Source: Bdellovibrionota bacterium
GTDB taxonomy: Bacteria > Bdellovibrionota_C > UBA2361 > JBGSMV01
DNA: 64,000 nucleotides
Direction of reading: 5' to 3'
NCBI GenBank assembly: GCA_041739995.1
Contig: JBGSMV010000042.1
Span: forward strand, 32,001 to 96,000
Shown: positions 38,299-48,789 of the stretch, piece by piece
Layout: the number at the start of each line of letters is the position of its first letter
How positions within the stretch are numbered: the stretch's first letter is position 1
The notes under the pieces: model-generated
Databases searched by the model: none
Seen by the model: only the letters and a program-made list of their open reading frames with translations
Told to the model about the DNA's origin: nothing
Translations under genes and position numbers: made by a program

Positions 38299-40113
38299 AT
38301 GGTTGCCCTCGAGAAGAACACGCGCATTCGAAATGTTGCTATCATCGCACACGTTGATCACGGCAAGACTACACTTGTTGACCATCTCCTCCGCCAAAGC
38401 GGCATGTTTAGAGAAGGGCAGGAGATGAGCGATCGGCTGATGGACAACATGGACCTTGAGCGTGAGCGTGGGATCACCATCGCCGCCAAGAACTGCGCGG
38501 CCCGTTACAAGGATGTTAAGATAAACATCCTCGATACTCCGGGCCACTCGGACTTCGGTGGAGAAGTCGAGCGCGCACTGAGCATGGTCGATGGTGCCAT
38601 TCTGTTGGTAGATTCCAGCGAAGGGCCACTTCCGCAAACTCGCTTTGTATTGAAGAAGGCGCTTGAAGCTAACCTTGGCCTCGTAGTGGTCGTGAACAAA
38701 ATCGACCGTAAGGATGCCCGCCCTGCCGAAGTCCTTAATTTTGTCTACGATTTGTTGATTGACCTTGATGCTGATGAAGACCAGCTTGATGTCCCGGTGG
38801 TTTACGCAGTGGGTCGAGAGGGTAGAGCGCAACCCTCGTTAGAAGACGAGCGTAGCGATCTATCGTATCTGTTTGAAACTATTGTCGCGAAGATTCCGCC
38901 CCCTGAGCATGACCCCGCTGAGCCATTTCAAATGCTGGTGGCAAACTTAGGGTACTCTGAGTACCTGGGTCGACTTGCTATCGGGCGAGTGTTTCATGGC
39001 AACGTTCGAAAGAATGATAACTTGGTCTGTATCGGACGTGACGGGCAGCCGCGACCATTGAAAGTCTCCAAGCTGCAAGTATACGAGGGAGCTTCGTTTC
39101 AGGACGTCGACTCAGCAGAGGCAGGCGATATCGTGATCCTTTCTGGTATCGAGGATGTCGAAATCGGCGACACCATTTGTACTAAGGAACAACCCAAAGC
39201 GCTAAAGCGCATTACCGTTGACGAACCAACCATCTCGATGAAGTTCAGCATCAATTCGTCGCCTTTTGCCGGGCGTGACGGAAAGGTCATTCAAGCCAAG
39301 CGCCTGTATGAGCGACTGTATAGAGAGACCCTTAATAATGTGGCTCTGCGCGTAGAAGGCTCCGCTCAGAGCGAAAGCTTCGTCGTGAAAGGGCGTGGCG
39401 AGTTCCAGATGGCGATTCTGATTGAGCAGATTCGTCGCGAAGGCTGGGAAGTCGCGGTCGGTCGCCCACAGATCATTTTTAAGGAGATTGACGGCGTTCA
39501 GCAGGAGCCAATTGAGCATCTGTTCGTGGACTGCGAAGAGCGCTTTCTTGGAATCGTCACCGAAAAGCTTGCCCAGAGAAAGGGCAAGATGACTAACTTG
39601 GTCAATCACGGCACCGGTCGAGTAAGAGTTGAGTATTCAGTTCCTTCACGCGGATTGATAGGGTACCGCTCAGAGTTTCTTACTGATACTCGCGGCACTG
39701 GGCTGATGAATTCGTATCTGACTGGCTACGAGCCGTATCGCGGCGACTTCGCAAGTCGACTTACGGGCTCCCTAGTTGCGGACCGTCAAGGAGAAGCGAC
39801 CGCATATGCTATTTTCGGGCTTGAGCCACGTGGCTATATGTTTGTGGTTCCCGGAGACCCTGTATACGAAGGCATGATTATCGGTGAGCATAGTCGTGAA
39901 AACGATCTGAACGTGAACATCTGTCGTGAGAAGAAGCTCACCAATATTCGTGCAGCCGGCAGGGATGAGAATATTATTCTGACCCCAGTGACGCCAATGA
40001 CGCTCGAGCGCGCTATTGAACTCATTAGAGACGATGAAATGGTGGAAGTTACTCCAGCGTCAATTCGCATTCGTAAAATCGTTCTTACCGCCAACAAGAG
40101 AGGCGGAGTGTAA
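38299..40113 (+). CDS. typA: Translational GTPase TypA/BipA
   Basis: 'AHVDHGKTT', 'ERGITI', '[13 protein letters not shown]', 'NKID', '[11 protein letters not shown]'. Confidence 0.97.
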   Translation: MVALEKNTRIRNVAIIAHVDHGKTTLVDHLLRQSGMFREGQEMSDRLMDNMDLERERGITIAAKNCAARYKDVKINILDTPGHSDFGGEVERALSMVDGAILLVDSSEGPLPQTRFVLKKALEANLGLVVVVNKIDRKDARPAEVLNFVYDLLIDLDADEDQLDVPVVYAVGREGRAQPSLEDERSDLSYLFETIVAKIPPPEHDPAEPFQMLVANLGYSEYLGRLAIGRVFHGNVRKNDNLVCIGRDGQPRPLKVSKLQVYEGASFQDVDSAEAGDIVILSGIEDVEIGDTICTKEQPKALKRITVDEPTISMKFSINSSPFAGRDGKVIQAKRLYERLYRETLNNVALRVEGSAQSESFVVKGRGEFQMAILIEQIRREGWEVAVGRPQIIFKEIDGVQQEPIEHLFVDCEERFLGIVTEKLAQRKGKMTNLVNHGTGRVRVEYSVPSRGLIGYRSEFLTDTRGTGLMNSYLTGYEPYRGDFASRLTGSLVADRQGEATAYAIFGLEPRGYMFVVPGDPVYEGMIIGEHSRENDLNVNICREKKLTNIRAAGRDENIILTPVTPMTLERAIELIRDDEMVEVTPASIRIRKIVLTANKRGGV

Positions 40114-40135
40114 GTGAGGTCTGGGCGCTCTGACT

Positions 40136-41524
40136 ATGGTGAGCGAAGCGGTTACATCTTTAGTTGTCTCTGATACGCAGCGAGCGTTGGATCTAGAGAT
40201 GGTTCCTTTCGACTTGCAGGCTACGTCTGCCCACGTCGAAATGCTTGGTACAGTCGGGATCGTTAGCCCTGATGTCTCCCAGAAGATTCTTGCGGCACTT
40301 ACCGATATTCGTGCCACTTACGAGCGCGGAGAGTTTTCCATTGATCCTGCGCTTGGTGCCCAGCTTACCCTTGAAAAGGAGGTCATCAGCCGCGTCGGGC
40401 AGGACGTTGGTCTCGCAATGCATACTGGGCGCAGCAGAAACGATCAGGTGATGGTAACGGAGATGCTGTATCTTCGCTCCAAAAGTAGCCAGATTATAGA
40501 GAAGCTAAACCAGGTGGTACAGGCGCTCTATGGGCGCGCTGGTGCAGGAATCAATGTTCCTATGCCGGGGTATACTCACATGCAGCCTGGCAAGCCGACG
40601 GCGCTCAGTCATTGGTACCTTGCACATGGGGACTGCCTTATGCGCGGAAGGGTAATGCTCGAGCAAGTGCTCGAGCAGTTCAACCAGTGCCCACTTGGAT
40701 CAGTGGAGTCTTTCGGCACCACCTGGCCGCTTGATCGCTTGTATGTGGCGCGGCGCTTAGGGTTCGCCCGGGTGTGGGAAGTGCCGCAGGACGCTATTTC
40801 TAACAGAGGGATTTTCCAACTCGCACTTTTAGGGGCCCTCAATCAGGTAGCCATTGGGATTGGAAGAATGGCGGCTGACCTGATGCTGTACACCACACAT
40901 GAATTTCAAATGGTGGAGCTTGGGGATGAAGTAGCGCAGCGCCTACATCCCATTACTGGTAGTTCGGTAATGGCGCAAAAGCGTAATCCCGATGCCTTAG
41001 AGCTTTTGCGTGGAAGTGCTGCTCAGTTTGGTGGTCTCTACGCCACCGTCAGTTCACTCCTTTGTGGATTGCCGACCGGATACAACCGTGACTCCCGAGA
41101 GGTCAAAGAGTACGCGGCAACCGCATTTCGTAAGATGAATGAGATGCTGCTTTCATTGGAGCAAGTGGTAGTCACCAGCACATTTGATGCGAAGCGCATG
41201 AGTGAAATGGTGGACGATAACTATTCGCTTACCACGGACCTTGCCGATCAACTGGCGCAAACTACCGGCATTCCATACCGCCGCATGTACAAAATTGTGG
41301 GCGTTGCGGTGGATGAGTTGATGCGCACCCGTCAGCCACTGCCGAAGCTTACGGCTGCTATGTTGAAGCGCTCTGCGGATGCGTTGAGCATTAAACTTGA
41401 AGTTGATGATGCGCTGATATCTCGCCTTCTCGACGCGCGCCATGCCCTTGAACGAAGGGCGCATATTGGCGGCACCGCTAAGCGCAGAGTCGAAGCTATG
41501 TTATTGCGACGCCGCTCACTTTAA
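40136..41524 (+). CDS. argH: Argininosuccinate lyase (divergent)
   Basis: 'HTGRSRNDQV', 'MPGYTHMQ', 'GSSVMAQKRNPD', 'YNRD'. Confidence 0.92.
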   Translation: MVSEAVTSLVVSDTQRALDLEMVPFDLQATSAHVEMLGTVGIVSPDVSQKILAALTDIRATYERGEFSIDPALGAQLTLEKEVISRVGQDVGLAMHTGRSRNDQVMVTEMLYLRSKSSQIIEKLNQVVQALYGRAGAGINVPMPGYTHMQPGKPTALSHWYLAHGDCLMRGRVMLEQVLEQFNQCPLGSVESFGTTWPLDRLYVARRLGFARVWEVPQDAISNRGIFQLALLGALNQVAIGIGRMAADLMLYTTHEFQMVELGDEVAQRLHPITGSSVMAQKRNPDALELLRGSAAQFGGLYATVSSLLCGLPTGYNRDSREVKEYAATAFRKMNEMLLSLEQVVVTSTFDAKRMSEMVDDNYSLTTDLADQLAQTTGIPYRRMYKIVGVAVDELMRTRQPLPKLTAAMLKRSADALSIKLEVDDALISRLLDARHALERRAHIGGTAKRRVEAMLLRRRSL

Positions 41525-42273
41525 AGTTCGTAAGCAATCTTTCCGGCGGTGAGTATCGCCATAAGAATATAGAGCCACTTTACAAAAGAGTTACCCTTGG
41601 AGATGGCAGTGTGTGCCCCAATGTATCCTCCAAGAATGTTGGCGGCCGCCATTGGAATTCCTAAGTCGTAGCGAATGTTTCCTTGCGTCAAAAAGTAGAG
41701 CAAGGAAACTACGTTGCTTGTTAAATTCAGAATCTTGGTATTTCCTGAAGCGCGTAAGAAGTCCAGCTTAAAACTGTGGATGAATAGAAAGGTGAGGAAG
41801 ATGCCAGTTCCGGGGCCAAAGAATCCGTCATAGGCGGCCAGCGCGAACGCGCCAGCACGCAAAATAGTAATGGATCGCTTGGTGAGACCTGCGTAGCTAC
41901 TTTCAGCCCCAAGATTTGGACGAAAGAAGCAGTAGAGGGCTACGGCGATGATAAGAACCGAGACGACTGGCCGAAGAAACTCATTGGGGAGGCACACGAT
42001 CAGCATGGCCCCCGCAAGAGCACCTACGACGGACCAAGGCAGCGCGGCTCTTACAATTTCCGACGAGACTTTTCCTTTTTTAAAGTAAGTCCATGAAGCG
42101 ACGGAAGTGCCCAAAGTAGAGACGAGCTTGTTGGTGCCAACAATATCCGCTACCGGAAGGCCTAAAAAGAGAAAGGCAGGGAAAACTATGACTCCGCCTC
42201 CACCGGCGACGGCGTCGACGAATCCAGCAGCAAATGCAGCAACCATGAGAATTGAAAGTTCTGCGAAATCCAT
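41521..42273 (-). CDS. TSUP/TauE family transporter (YfcA-like)
   Basis: 'AGFVDAVAGGGG', 'GTNK', 'YDGFFGPGTG'. Confidence 0.93.
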   Translation of the reverse strand: MDFAELSILMVAAFAAGFVDAVAGGGGVIVFPAFLFLGLPVADIVGTNKLVSTLGTSVASWTYFKKGKVSSEIVRAALPWSVVGALAGAMLIVCLPNEFLRPVVSVLIIAVALYCFFRPNLGAESSYAGLTKRSITILRAGAFALAAYDGFFGPGTGIFLTFLFIHSFKLDFLRASGNTKILNLTSNVVSLLYFLTQGNIRYDLGIPMAAANILGGYIGAHTAISKGNSFVKWLYILMAILTAGKIAYEL

Positions 42274-42670
42274 GCGAGCCAAGACTTGCAGGGAAACAAA
42301 CCAGCGCCAAGTAACTTCTATTTATGTTTGACGATCAGGGTCGGCGGGGATTGGTTTCTGTATCGAATTGAAATACGTGAGTCTAAGTGGCTCAACATGT
42401 CGGCCAGAAATTTAGGATTTGGATGATGGCAGGGCCTAGTCAGCGAGAAATTGGGCGGTTGGAGCGCGGAGATATGAACAATTCCTTGGTGGGGGCAGAA
42501 CCTCGATAGGTACTTCTGGAGATAACGCGGGGTTGAGGGTGCCAGCCGGACCGACCAAAAACGTTTTAATTCAATAGGTTAATGCCCTGAAGCAACTCCG
42601 TCCGAACGGGCGACTAGTGGTTGTACCTAGCGCAGCTGTTTTTTGACAGCTCTATGCGGAGGGTCATTAG

Positions 42671-43633
42671 GTGCCCATCCGCCAGATTAAGGGAAATGTA
42701 GTGAACCGGCAGTTCTTTGAAAATTTACTTCCCGGCACCGTCCTCTTTGGAAGGTTCGAGTTGATGCGCTGCTTATGTGCGAGCGATGTGGGTGCGGTGT
42801 ACCTTTGTTCGTCTAAAATCGACGGTCAGCAAGTCGCCCTAAAAGTGATCGCTCACGGGGCACTTCGTGAACAAGAACAATCAGCGCAGTTTCGGCGCGA
42901 AGTCGATTTAAGCCTTTCTCTAAAACATCCTCATGTAGTTCAGGCCTTTGATTTTTTCTGGGATGAATCTTTCATCGCGTTCTCCATGGAATTTGTACCG
43001 GGCGGAACGCTCGCGGATCTTGTTGGTGGGGGAAAACGATTGCCGCTTGGGCGCGCCCTAAAGATGCTTTCGCAGATCACATCCGGACTCTCCGCTATTC
43101 ATGAAAAGCACATCGTACACCGAGATCTCAAGCCAGAGAATATTCTGATAGATGCAGAAGGCAACGCCAAGATAACCGACTTTGGTATTGCCGCCGCACA
43201 GAGCACAAGTGTGCTGTCTGGCGCTGATCAACTCTCAGGAACGGTAAATTATCTAAGCCCCGAATACGTGGCACATGGAATCTTTGACGAGCGCTCTGAT
43301 ATTTATGCGCTTGGCGTTGTAGCCTATGAACTATTGACAGGCAGAGCTCCTTTTGTGGGAGATAGCTTGATTGACACCTTGGTGCGTCGAGTACAGTTCG
43401 ACCCCAAATCTCCTCGGGACATTTGTCCTGAAATTCCACGTGCACTAAGTGATCTTACTCTGAAAGCAATGCATCGTTTACCGGAGCGGCGCTACCAGAG
43501 CACAAGTGAGCTCCACGGACACTTGGAGCTCATTCGTGTGCTTGGCGACGCGGTGCTTGAGCCACGCGAGTTCCAGCCACAAATTGCCTCAGGCTCTGCG
43601 CCACAAAGAACCGCAGCGCGCCAAGCCGCGTAG
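42671..43633 (+). CDS. Hanks-type Ser/Thr protein kinase, catalytic domain only
   Basis: VALK, HRDLKPEN, DFG, YLSPE, 'SDIYALG'. Confidence 0.92.
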   Translation: MPIRQIKGNVVNRQFFENLLPGTVLFGRFELMRCLCASDVGAVYLCSSKIDGQQVALKVIAHGALREQEQSAQFRREVDLSLSLKHPHVVQAFDFFWDESFIAFSMEFVPGGTLADLVGGGKRLPLGRALKMLSQITSGLSAIHEKHIVHRDLKPENILIDAEGNAKITDFGIAAAQSTSVLSGADQLSGTVNYLSPEYVAHGIFDERSDIYALGVVAYELLTGRAPFVGDSLIDTLVRRVQFDPKSPRDICPEIPRALSDLTLKAMHRLPERRYQSTSELHGHLELIRVLGDAVLEPREFQPQIASGSAPQRTAARQAA

Positions 43634-43693
43634 TCCTCCGTTAATCCGTTCGATTTCCCGATGTCGCTAAAGAGGCCGGGCCTCTACCCCTCT

Positions 43694-44101
43694 TCATCTT
43701 GAGCGCTTCGCTTTGGACTTCCTAGTCTGCTCTCTTGGCACAACCCCAAACAATTCGCTGGGTCGCGCAACGGCCTTCACAATATTTTGAGCTACTTGCT
43801 CAAAGTCATTGCGCTCAGCCGATAGGTAAAGCCACTTCCCCAGCACTTCGTGAGGCGCGAGCTCAGGAAACAAGACGCGAATAGCGTTATGATGTTGAGT
43901 TGATGTGGCCACGAGCAGACCGTTCCATGGTTGCTCTCCGTCAGCCAGTACCAGAACTAAAAGTCCATGAAGATAGCAGGCGCGACAACCGAACATGGGT
44001 TTTTCGATGAAGGATGGGTCATCCATCAGAGGTTCGACGAGCCACATGTGTGCGTTCGACTTTGGTGCCATTCTATTCCCCAGAAAGGTTTTATGGGGCA
44101 A
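43694..44101 (-). CDS. TfoX-N-like hypothetical protein
   Basis: 'KPMFGC...YL.G', 'PWNGLL', 'HEVLGKWL'. Confidence 0.65.
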   Translation of the reverse strand: MPHKTFLGNRMAPKSNAHMWLVEPLMDDPSFIEKPMFGCRACYLHGLLVLVLADGEQPWNGLLVATSTQHHNAIRVLFPELAPHEVLGKWLYLSAERNDFEQVAQNIVKAVARPSELFGVVPREQTRKSKAKRSR

Positions 44102-44124
44102 GCGACAAGGAGGCTAGGTTCGAC

Positions 44125-45378
44125 CTAATCCCAAGAGCCTTCGATGCATTCAACGAACGTACGCAGAAACAAGTTCGCCTTAAATCCATCGAGTACGCGG
44201 TGATCGATGGTTAATGTCACATAAGCCTTGGGGCGTACGACTACTTGTTCAGCGCCTTTGACTTGCATCACACAAGCGCGACGCTCAAGTTTTCCAATAC
44301 CTAGAATCGCAGACTGAGGCTGATTAATAACGATTGGCGTGGCGAACAAGCTTCCACTCACTCCGTGATTAGAAATCGTAAACGTTCCGCCTCGTACCTC
44401 TGCTTGAGAAAGCTGACCGAGGCGAGCTTTCTCGGTGAGCGCGTGTAAGGCGCGAGCGGTACCAAGTAAGTCGAGCTTGTCGGCATTACGCAGGACGGGA
44501 ACGATAAGTCCGGAATCCGAATTTGGAGAACCGTCGGGTGCGATAGCAGTGGCGATACCAATGTTAATATCTTCAAACACCTCAAGCGCGTCTTCATGAA
44601 GACGACTATTCACCTCTGGTGCTGCCTGTATGCCCTTAACGCAAGCCTGCACGAAGTAGCTGGTGAAAGTTAGTTTTGCGCCTTCACCTTCAAAGCGTGC
44701 CTTGGACTTTTCTCGGTGCGCCATTACTGAAGAGAGGTCGAGTTCAAACACCGAGGTGACGTGAGGCGCGGTGTGCAACAAGCTCTGAGTCATGTGCTGA
44801 GCGATTTGGCGACGCATGGCGTTAAGTGGAATTTTACGGCTTTTTAGTGCTTCATTTCCCGAGCTGCCCGCATTTGAAGGAGCATGGCTTGCAGAGCTCC
44901 CTGACTTGGCGCCTGCAAGATACGCCGTAACGTCGTCGTGCGTAATTCTGCCGCCCTTACCCGTGCCAGTCACCTTTGAAGCGTCGATATTGTTTTGACT
45001 GAGTAGTCGTCTAACTGCGGGGCTTAGCTCCTGAGCAGCATTTGCCGCACTTGAGCTTGCCGAACCTGCAAGCGCAGAAGCAGAAGGTTGACCCTGAGCT
45101 TTCGCCGCATCGACACCAGAAGACTTTGAAGTGTCTGCAGAGGCATTGGGGTTGATTGACCCTAAAATATCTCCAGGAGCAATTTCATCGCCGTCTTTCT
45201 TTAGAATCTCAGAAAGTACGCCCGTCCCAGGAGAAGCGATTTCAACGTTTACTTTATCAGTGCTGACCTCAATCAGCGGCTCATTTTCAGTAACAGCCTC
45301 ACCAACTTTCTTGAACCACTGAGACACCACTGACTGGGTGCCCTCTTGTTGATCACTGGAAAAGAGTACTTTGATCAT
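44125..45378 (-). CDS. 2-oxoacid dehydrogenase E2 (dihydrolipoamide acyltransferase)
   Basis: Lipoyl 'STDKV', E3-binding 'SPAVRRL...GTGKGGRIT', catalytic 'DHRVLDG'. Confidence 0.94.
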   Translation of the reverse strand: MIKVLFSSDQQEGTQSVVSQWFKKVGEAVTENEPLIEVSTDKVNVEIASPGTGVLSEILKKDGDEIAPGDILGSINPNASADTSKSSGVDAAKAQGQPSASALAGSASSSAANAAQELSPAVRRLLSQNNIDASKVTGTGKGGRITHDDVTAYLAGAKSGSSASHAPSNAGSSGNEALKSRKIPLNAMRRQIAQHMTQSLLHTAPHVTSVFELDLSSVMAHREKSKARFEGEGAKLTFTSYFVQACVKGIQAAPEVNSRLHEDALEVFEDINIGIATAIAPDGSPNSDSGLIVPVLRNADKLDLLGTARALHALTEKARLGQLSQAEVRGGTFTISNHGVSGSLFATPIVINQPQSAILGIGKLERRACVMQVKGAEQVVVRPKAYVTLTIDHRVLDGFKANLFLRTFVECIEGSWD

Positions 45379-45381
45379 GTC

Positions 45382-47463
45382 TTAGGCCTCTAAAATCGAA
45401 GTCATTGCCTCTCGAACTTTGCTAATACTTGGAACTACCGCTTCCATGAGAGTCACGTTGTGCGGAATTGGTAGATCGGGGACGGCCACTCGACGAATGG
45501 GAGCGTCAAGATCAAAGAACGCGCGCTCGGCAACCACAGCGGCGATTTCGGCACCGAATCCAGCAGTTATGCCGTCTTCATGCACTATTAAACAGCGCCG
45601 GGTCTTTTTCACTGATTCCAACACGAGCTCTCGGTCCCATGGTGCAATAGTGCGCAGATCAATAAGATCAATGTCACCTTCGAAAGCATCGGCTGCCTCA
45701 TCACAACGCTCTGCCATCGCCCCCCACGTCACGCAGGTTAGTTTTGAGCCAGAGCGCACACGGGAGCCAACACCCATCGGAAGCACGTAGTCATCGCCTG
45801 GATACGGCCTGCGCGCCCACGGAGTGTCCAGCATGTGACGGTGTTCAAAGAAAATAGTTGGGTTATGGCTGCGCATGGCGGCTCGAAGCAGGCCGACTGC
45901 GTCTTCTGCATTGGACGGCATGCATACCTGCCAGCCGATTGAATGGGCAAACACCACTTCGCTACTTACTGAGTGCCAAGGGTCGCCGCATTTAAAAAAG
46001 CCGCCTGGCATACGGACCACAATTGGCGCTGAGAAGCGATTATTGGTGCGCCAACGAATGGTGCCGCAGTTATTAAGCTGTTCAGTCGCCGGATCGGCGT
46101 ACTTACGAAACTGAATTTCAGCCACGGGCATGAGGCCATTTAGCGCCATGCCTACGGCTCGGCCGATAATTCCTTCTTCAGACAGCGAAGTGTCAAAGAC
46201 TCGTGTAGGACCAAAAGTTTCTTGGAGTCCTAAGGTCGCGGCATGAACGCCACCCTTTGGACCGACATCCTCTCCAAAGACTAGTACTTTTGGATTGGTG
46301 CGCAGCTCGTGTTCAAGCGTGCGACGAATCGCAGTTATCATGTTAATGCGGGTGGGTTCTGGCTTTGGTGTGGCGTTCGATTCTGGGAATGTGTGGCCAT
46401 CTGCGCCAAGTCCGCCGCGCTTTGAAAAAATCAGAGCACCCTCAGGATTAACTTCGCAGAAAACGTGTTTACTTACCCCCGAAGGGCTCGCTTCAGGACG
46501 AGAGAGCGCCGCCTCCAGCGCGTTCGCTACGTCATTACTGACCTGATGTTCGATGCCTTGCCAGGTGTCAGGGCCTTTCCATAGTTCAAGACAAAAGGCT
46601 TTTAATTTAGGTAGGGGATCTCGTCGCCATTCAGATTCAACTAGTTCTTTGCTCTTGTATGACTGGGTGTCTTGTCCGGAATGTCCGGAGAGTCTCGGGA
46701 CGGCTACTCGCAGCAGCACTGGCCCCTTAGCGTTTCTGATAACGGTAAAAGCTTCGGCTACGGTCTTGGCGGTGGCGCTTGGATCTGAGCCATCACACTG
46801 GAGAACAGTGAGATTCGCAAACGCACTTAAGTTCGCCGCGATATTACCGCCAGGAGTTTGCTGGGTTCCAGGAACTGAAATCCCAAAACCGTTGTCTTCA
46901 ACATAAAAGAGCATTGGCAGAGATAAAGTCGTCGCCATGGTGAGCGCTGACCAGAATCCACTAGTCGCTGCCCCTGCATCGCCCGTATGAGCCACCGAAA
47001 CCGCACCGCGATAGGCAGACTCCTTTAGGGTGTCACGTCGATACATGATCGACTGTGCCCAACCAGCCGCGGGGGTAAATTGAGAACCAACATCTCCTGA
47101 CATCGGAAGTACCGATGGGCCCGTGCGAGAAGGTAAATTGCAGACGACGCCGATATCTCGACCGTCGCTAAATCCGCCTGATCTTGCCATCGGAGCTGCA
47201 ATCGCATCTTCAAGTGAAAGTCCTAAGGAGAGAAGAATAGGGCGCGAGCGGTAGTAGGCGCCGACGGCATCACATGGATGAGAGAGGAACGAGGCCATAA
47301 TGGCTTGGGAAACTTCGTGTCCTCGTGCAGAAAACTGATAGAGAACTTTCTTCTCAGGGACGAGCTTTTTTTCCTCTACATCGTCAATGGCTCGCGAGGC
47401 GAGGGCGATGTAGGCAATGCGTTTCCAATCGAGCTCAGACCATTCCATTCTCATTTTCTCCAT
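45382..47463 (-). CDS. 2-oxoacid dehydrogenase E1, fused alpha/beta (branched-chain/aromatic type)
   Basis: TPP-binding 'GDA...EDN', 'GHSGQD', beta 'GEDVG.KGGV', 'RVFDTSLSEEGI.G', 'EIQF'. Confidence 0.92.
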   Translation of the reverse strand: MEKMRMEWSELDWKRIAYIALASRAIDDVEEKKLVPEKKVLYQFSARGHEVSQAIMASFLSHPCDAVGAYYRSRPILLSLGLSLEDAIAAPMARSGGFSDGRDIGVVCNLPSRTGPSVLPMSGDVGSQFTPAAGWAQSIMYRRDTLKESAYRGAVSVAHTGDAGAATSGFWSALTMATTLSLPMLFYVEDNGFGISVPGTQQTPGGNIAANLSAFANLTVLQCDGSDPSATAKTVAEAFTVIRNAKGPVLLRVAVPRLSGHSGQDTQSYKSKELVESEWRRDPLPKLKAFCLELWKGPDTWQGIEHQVSNDVANALEAALSRPEASPSGVSKHVFCEVNPEGALIFSKRGGLGADGHTFPESNATPKPEPTRINMITAIRRTLEHELRTNPKVLVFGEDVGPKGGVHAATLGLQETFGPTRVFDTSLSEEGIIGRAVGMALNGLMPVAEIQFRKYADPATEQLNNCGTIRWRTNNRFSAPIVVRMPGGFFKCGDPWHSVSSEVVFAHSIGWQVCMPSNAEDAVGLLRAAMRSHNPTIFFEHRHMLDTPWARRPYPGDDYVLPMGVGSRVRSGSKLTCVTWGAMAERCDEAADAFEGDIDLIDLRTIAPWDRELVLESVKKTRRCLIVHEDGITAGFGAEIAAVVAERAFFDLDAPIRRVAVPDLPIPHNVTLMEAVVPSISKVREAMTSILEA

Positions 47464-47836
47464 CAGCGTTACCTAAGAGAGATAGCGCAACCTGCTGCTT
47501 AAGGCCCGTACTGACCCGTACCCTCGTGCCGCGTTTTTGGTCGCGAAGCCGCCTGTTTGCAGCAATATAGAGTCCTGCGGATACACCAAAATGAGCGTTT
47601 GGTCATCCCTGGCCGGGTTCGGGTGTAACTGGCCGAAGTCTATGCTATGAGTCCGTGGCACAGCCGTGTTTATGAGGGTCAGCCTTCGCTCACATGTGCC
47701 TGTGGTGCCATTTAATTCTAGGAGGCTTCGGGGCGGGACGTCGTCGTCTGTGCCTTTGTTACAGACTCCTAGAAGAGCACCGATTAGGAGGAGCGGGGAG
47801 CGTGTTCTGATACGCTGTTCGTGCTGCCTTTGATGC

Positions 47837-47943
47837 GTTGTTCCCAGTACTCTGTTGTTCCCAGTACTCTGTTGTTCCGAGGACTCTGTTACTAGGGAGT
47901 TGTTACTAGGTAGTTGTTACTAGGGAATTGTTTCTAGGGAGTT
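47837..47943. repeat. Compound tandem repeat: 17-bp x3 then 14-bp x4 before paaG
   Basis: GTTGTTCCCAGTACTCT at 47837/47854/47871; GTTACTAGGGAGTT-like at 47888/47902/47916/47930. Confidence 0.9.
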
Positions 47944-47949
47944 ATAACG

Positions 47950-48753
47950 ATGAGCTTTTCCCCCAGCAGCACTTTTGAGTGTCTTCAGTTTGAAGTGAAA
48001 AGCGGCGTCGCGCACTGTACGTTGTCGCGCCCTGACAAGCTCAACAGTATGGACCGCCAGATGGCTAAGGAGCTGCAGCTTGCGCTTGCTATGGCATCCT
48101 CGGACGAGGCGATTAGAGCGGTTCTTATCACTGGTGCCGGCCGAGCATTCTGCGCGGGTCAAGATATTTCCGAGTTTTCAGAATTAACCGAAGCACCTGA
48201 CCTTGGCGAAATCATTCGCACTTGTTGCAATCCTGTGGTGCGCGCCATCCGCAATCTTGAGAAACCAGTGGTGTGCGCGGTTAACGGGGTTGCGGCTGGT
48301 GCGGGGGCGAACTTAGCTCTTTGCTGTGATGTAGTGCTGGCGGCAGAGAGTGCCAGTTTTGTTCAAGCGTTTTCGAAGATTGGTCTTATTCCGGACTTCG
48401 GGGGCTCGTTCTTTCTTCCGCGCTTGGTAGGTTTCGCTCGTGCGAATGCCTTGGCGATGCTGGGACCGAAAGTGTCCGCGACCGAAGCGCAGGCCATGGG
48501 GTTGATTTACAAGGCTTGCGAAGATTCAGCGTTGATGACCGAGGCAGTTGCTCTAGCTGAGAAGTTAGCGGCCGAGCCGACTCGCGGGTTTGGACTTACC
48601 AAGCGAGCTTTCAATGCTTCTTTAGGGAATTCGTTAGAAACGCAGCTGTCCTTGGAGGAACAACTACAGGGAACCGCAGGAAGGACTGCTGATTTTCTTG
48701 AGGGAGTGAAGGCATTCTTTGAGAAGCGAAAACCAAAATTTCTTGGGCGCTAA
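47950..48753 (+). CDS. paaG: 1,2-epoxyphenylacetyl-CoA isomerase (crotonase fold)
   Basis: 'RPDKLNS', 'GRAFCAGQD', 'NGVAAGAGAN', 'IGLIPD.GG'; paa context. Confidence 0.85.
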   Translation: MSFSPSSTFECLQFEVKSGVAHCTLSRPDKLNSMDRQMAKELQLALAMASSDEAIRAVLITGAGRAFCAGQDISEFSELTEAPDLGEIIRTCCNPVVRAIRNLEKPVVCAVNGVAAGAGANLALCCDVVLAAESASFVQAFSKIGLIPDFGGSFFLPRLVGFARANALAMLGPKVSATEAQAMGLIYKACEDSALMTEAVALAEKLAAEPTRGFGLTKRAFNASLGNSLETQLSLEEQLQGTAGRTADFLEGVKAFFEKRKPKFLGR

Positions 48754-48789
48754 AGCTTTCTTTCCCTGCTTAGTGAGGAGCAACAAATC

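Noticed and set aside
47837..47943. CRISPR array
   Set aside because: Repeats are directly adjacent with no unique spacers, and there are no cas genes
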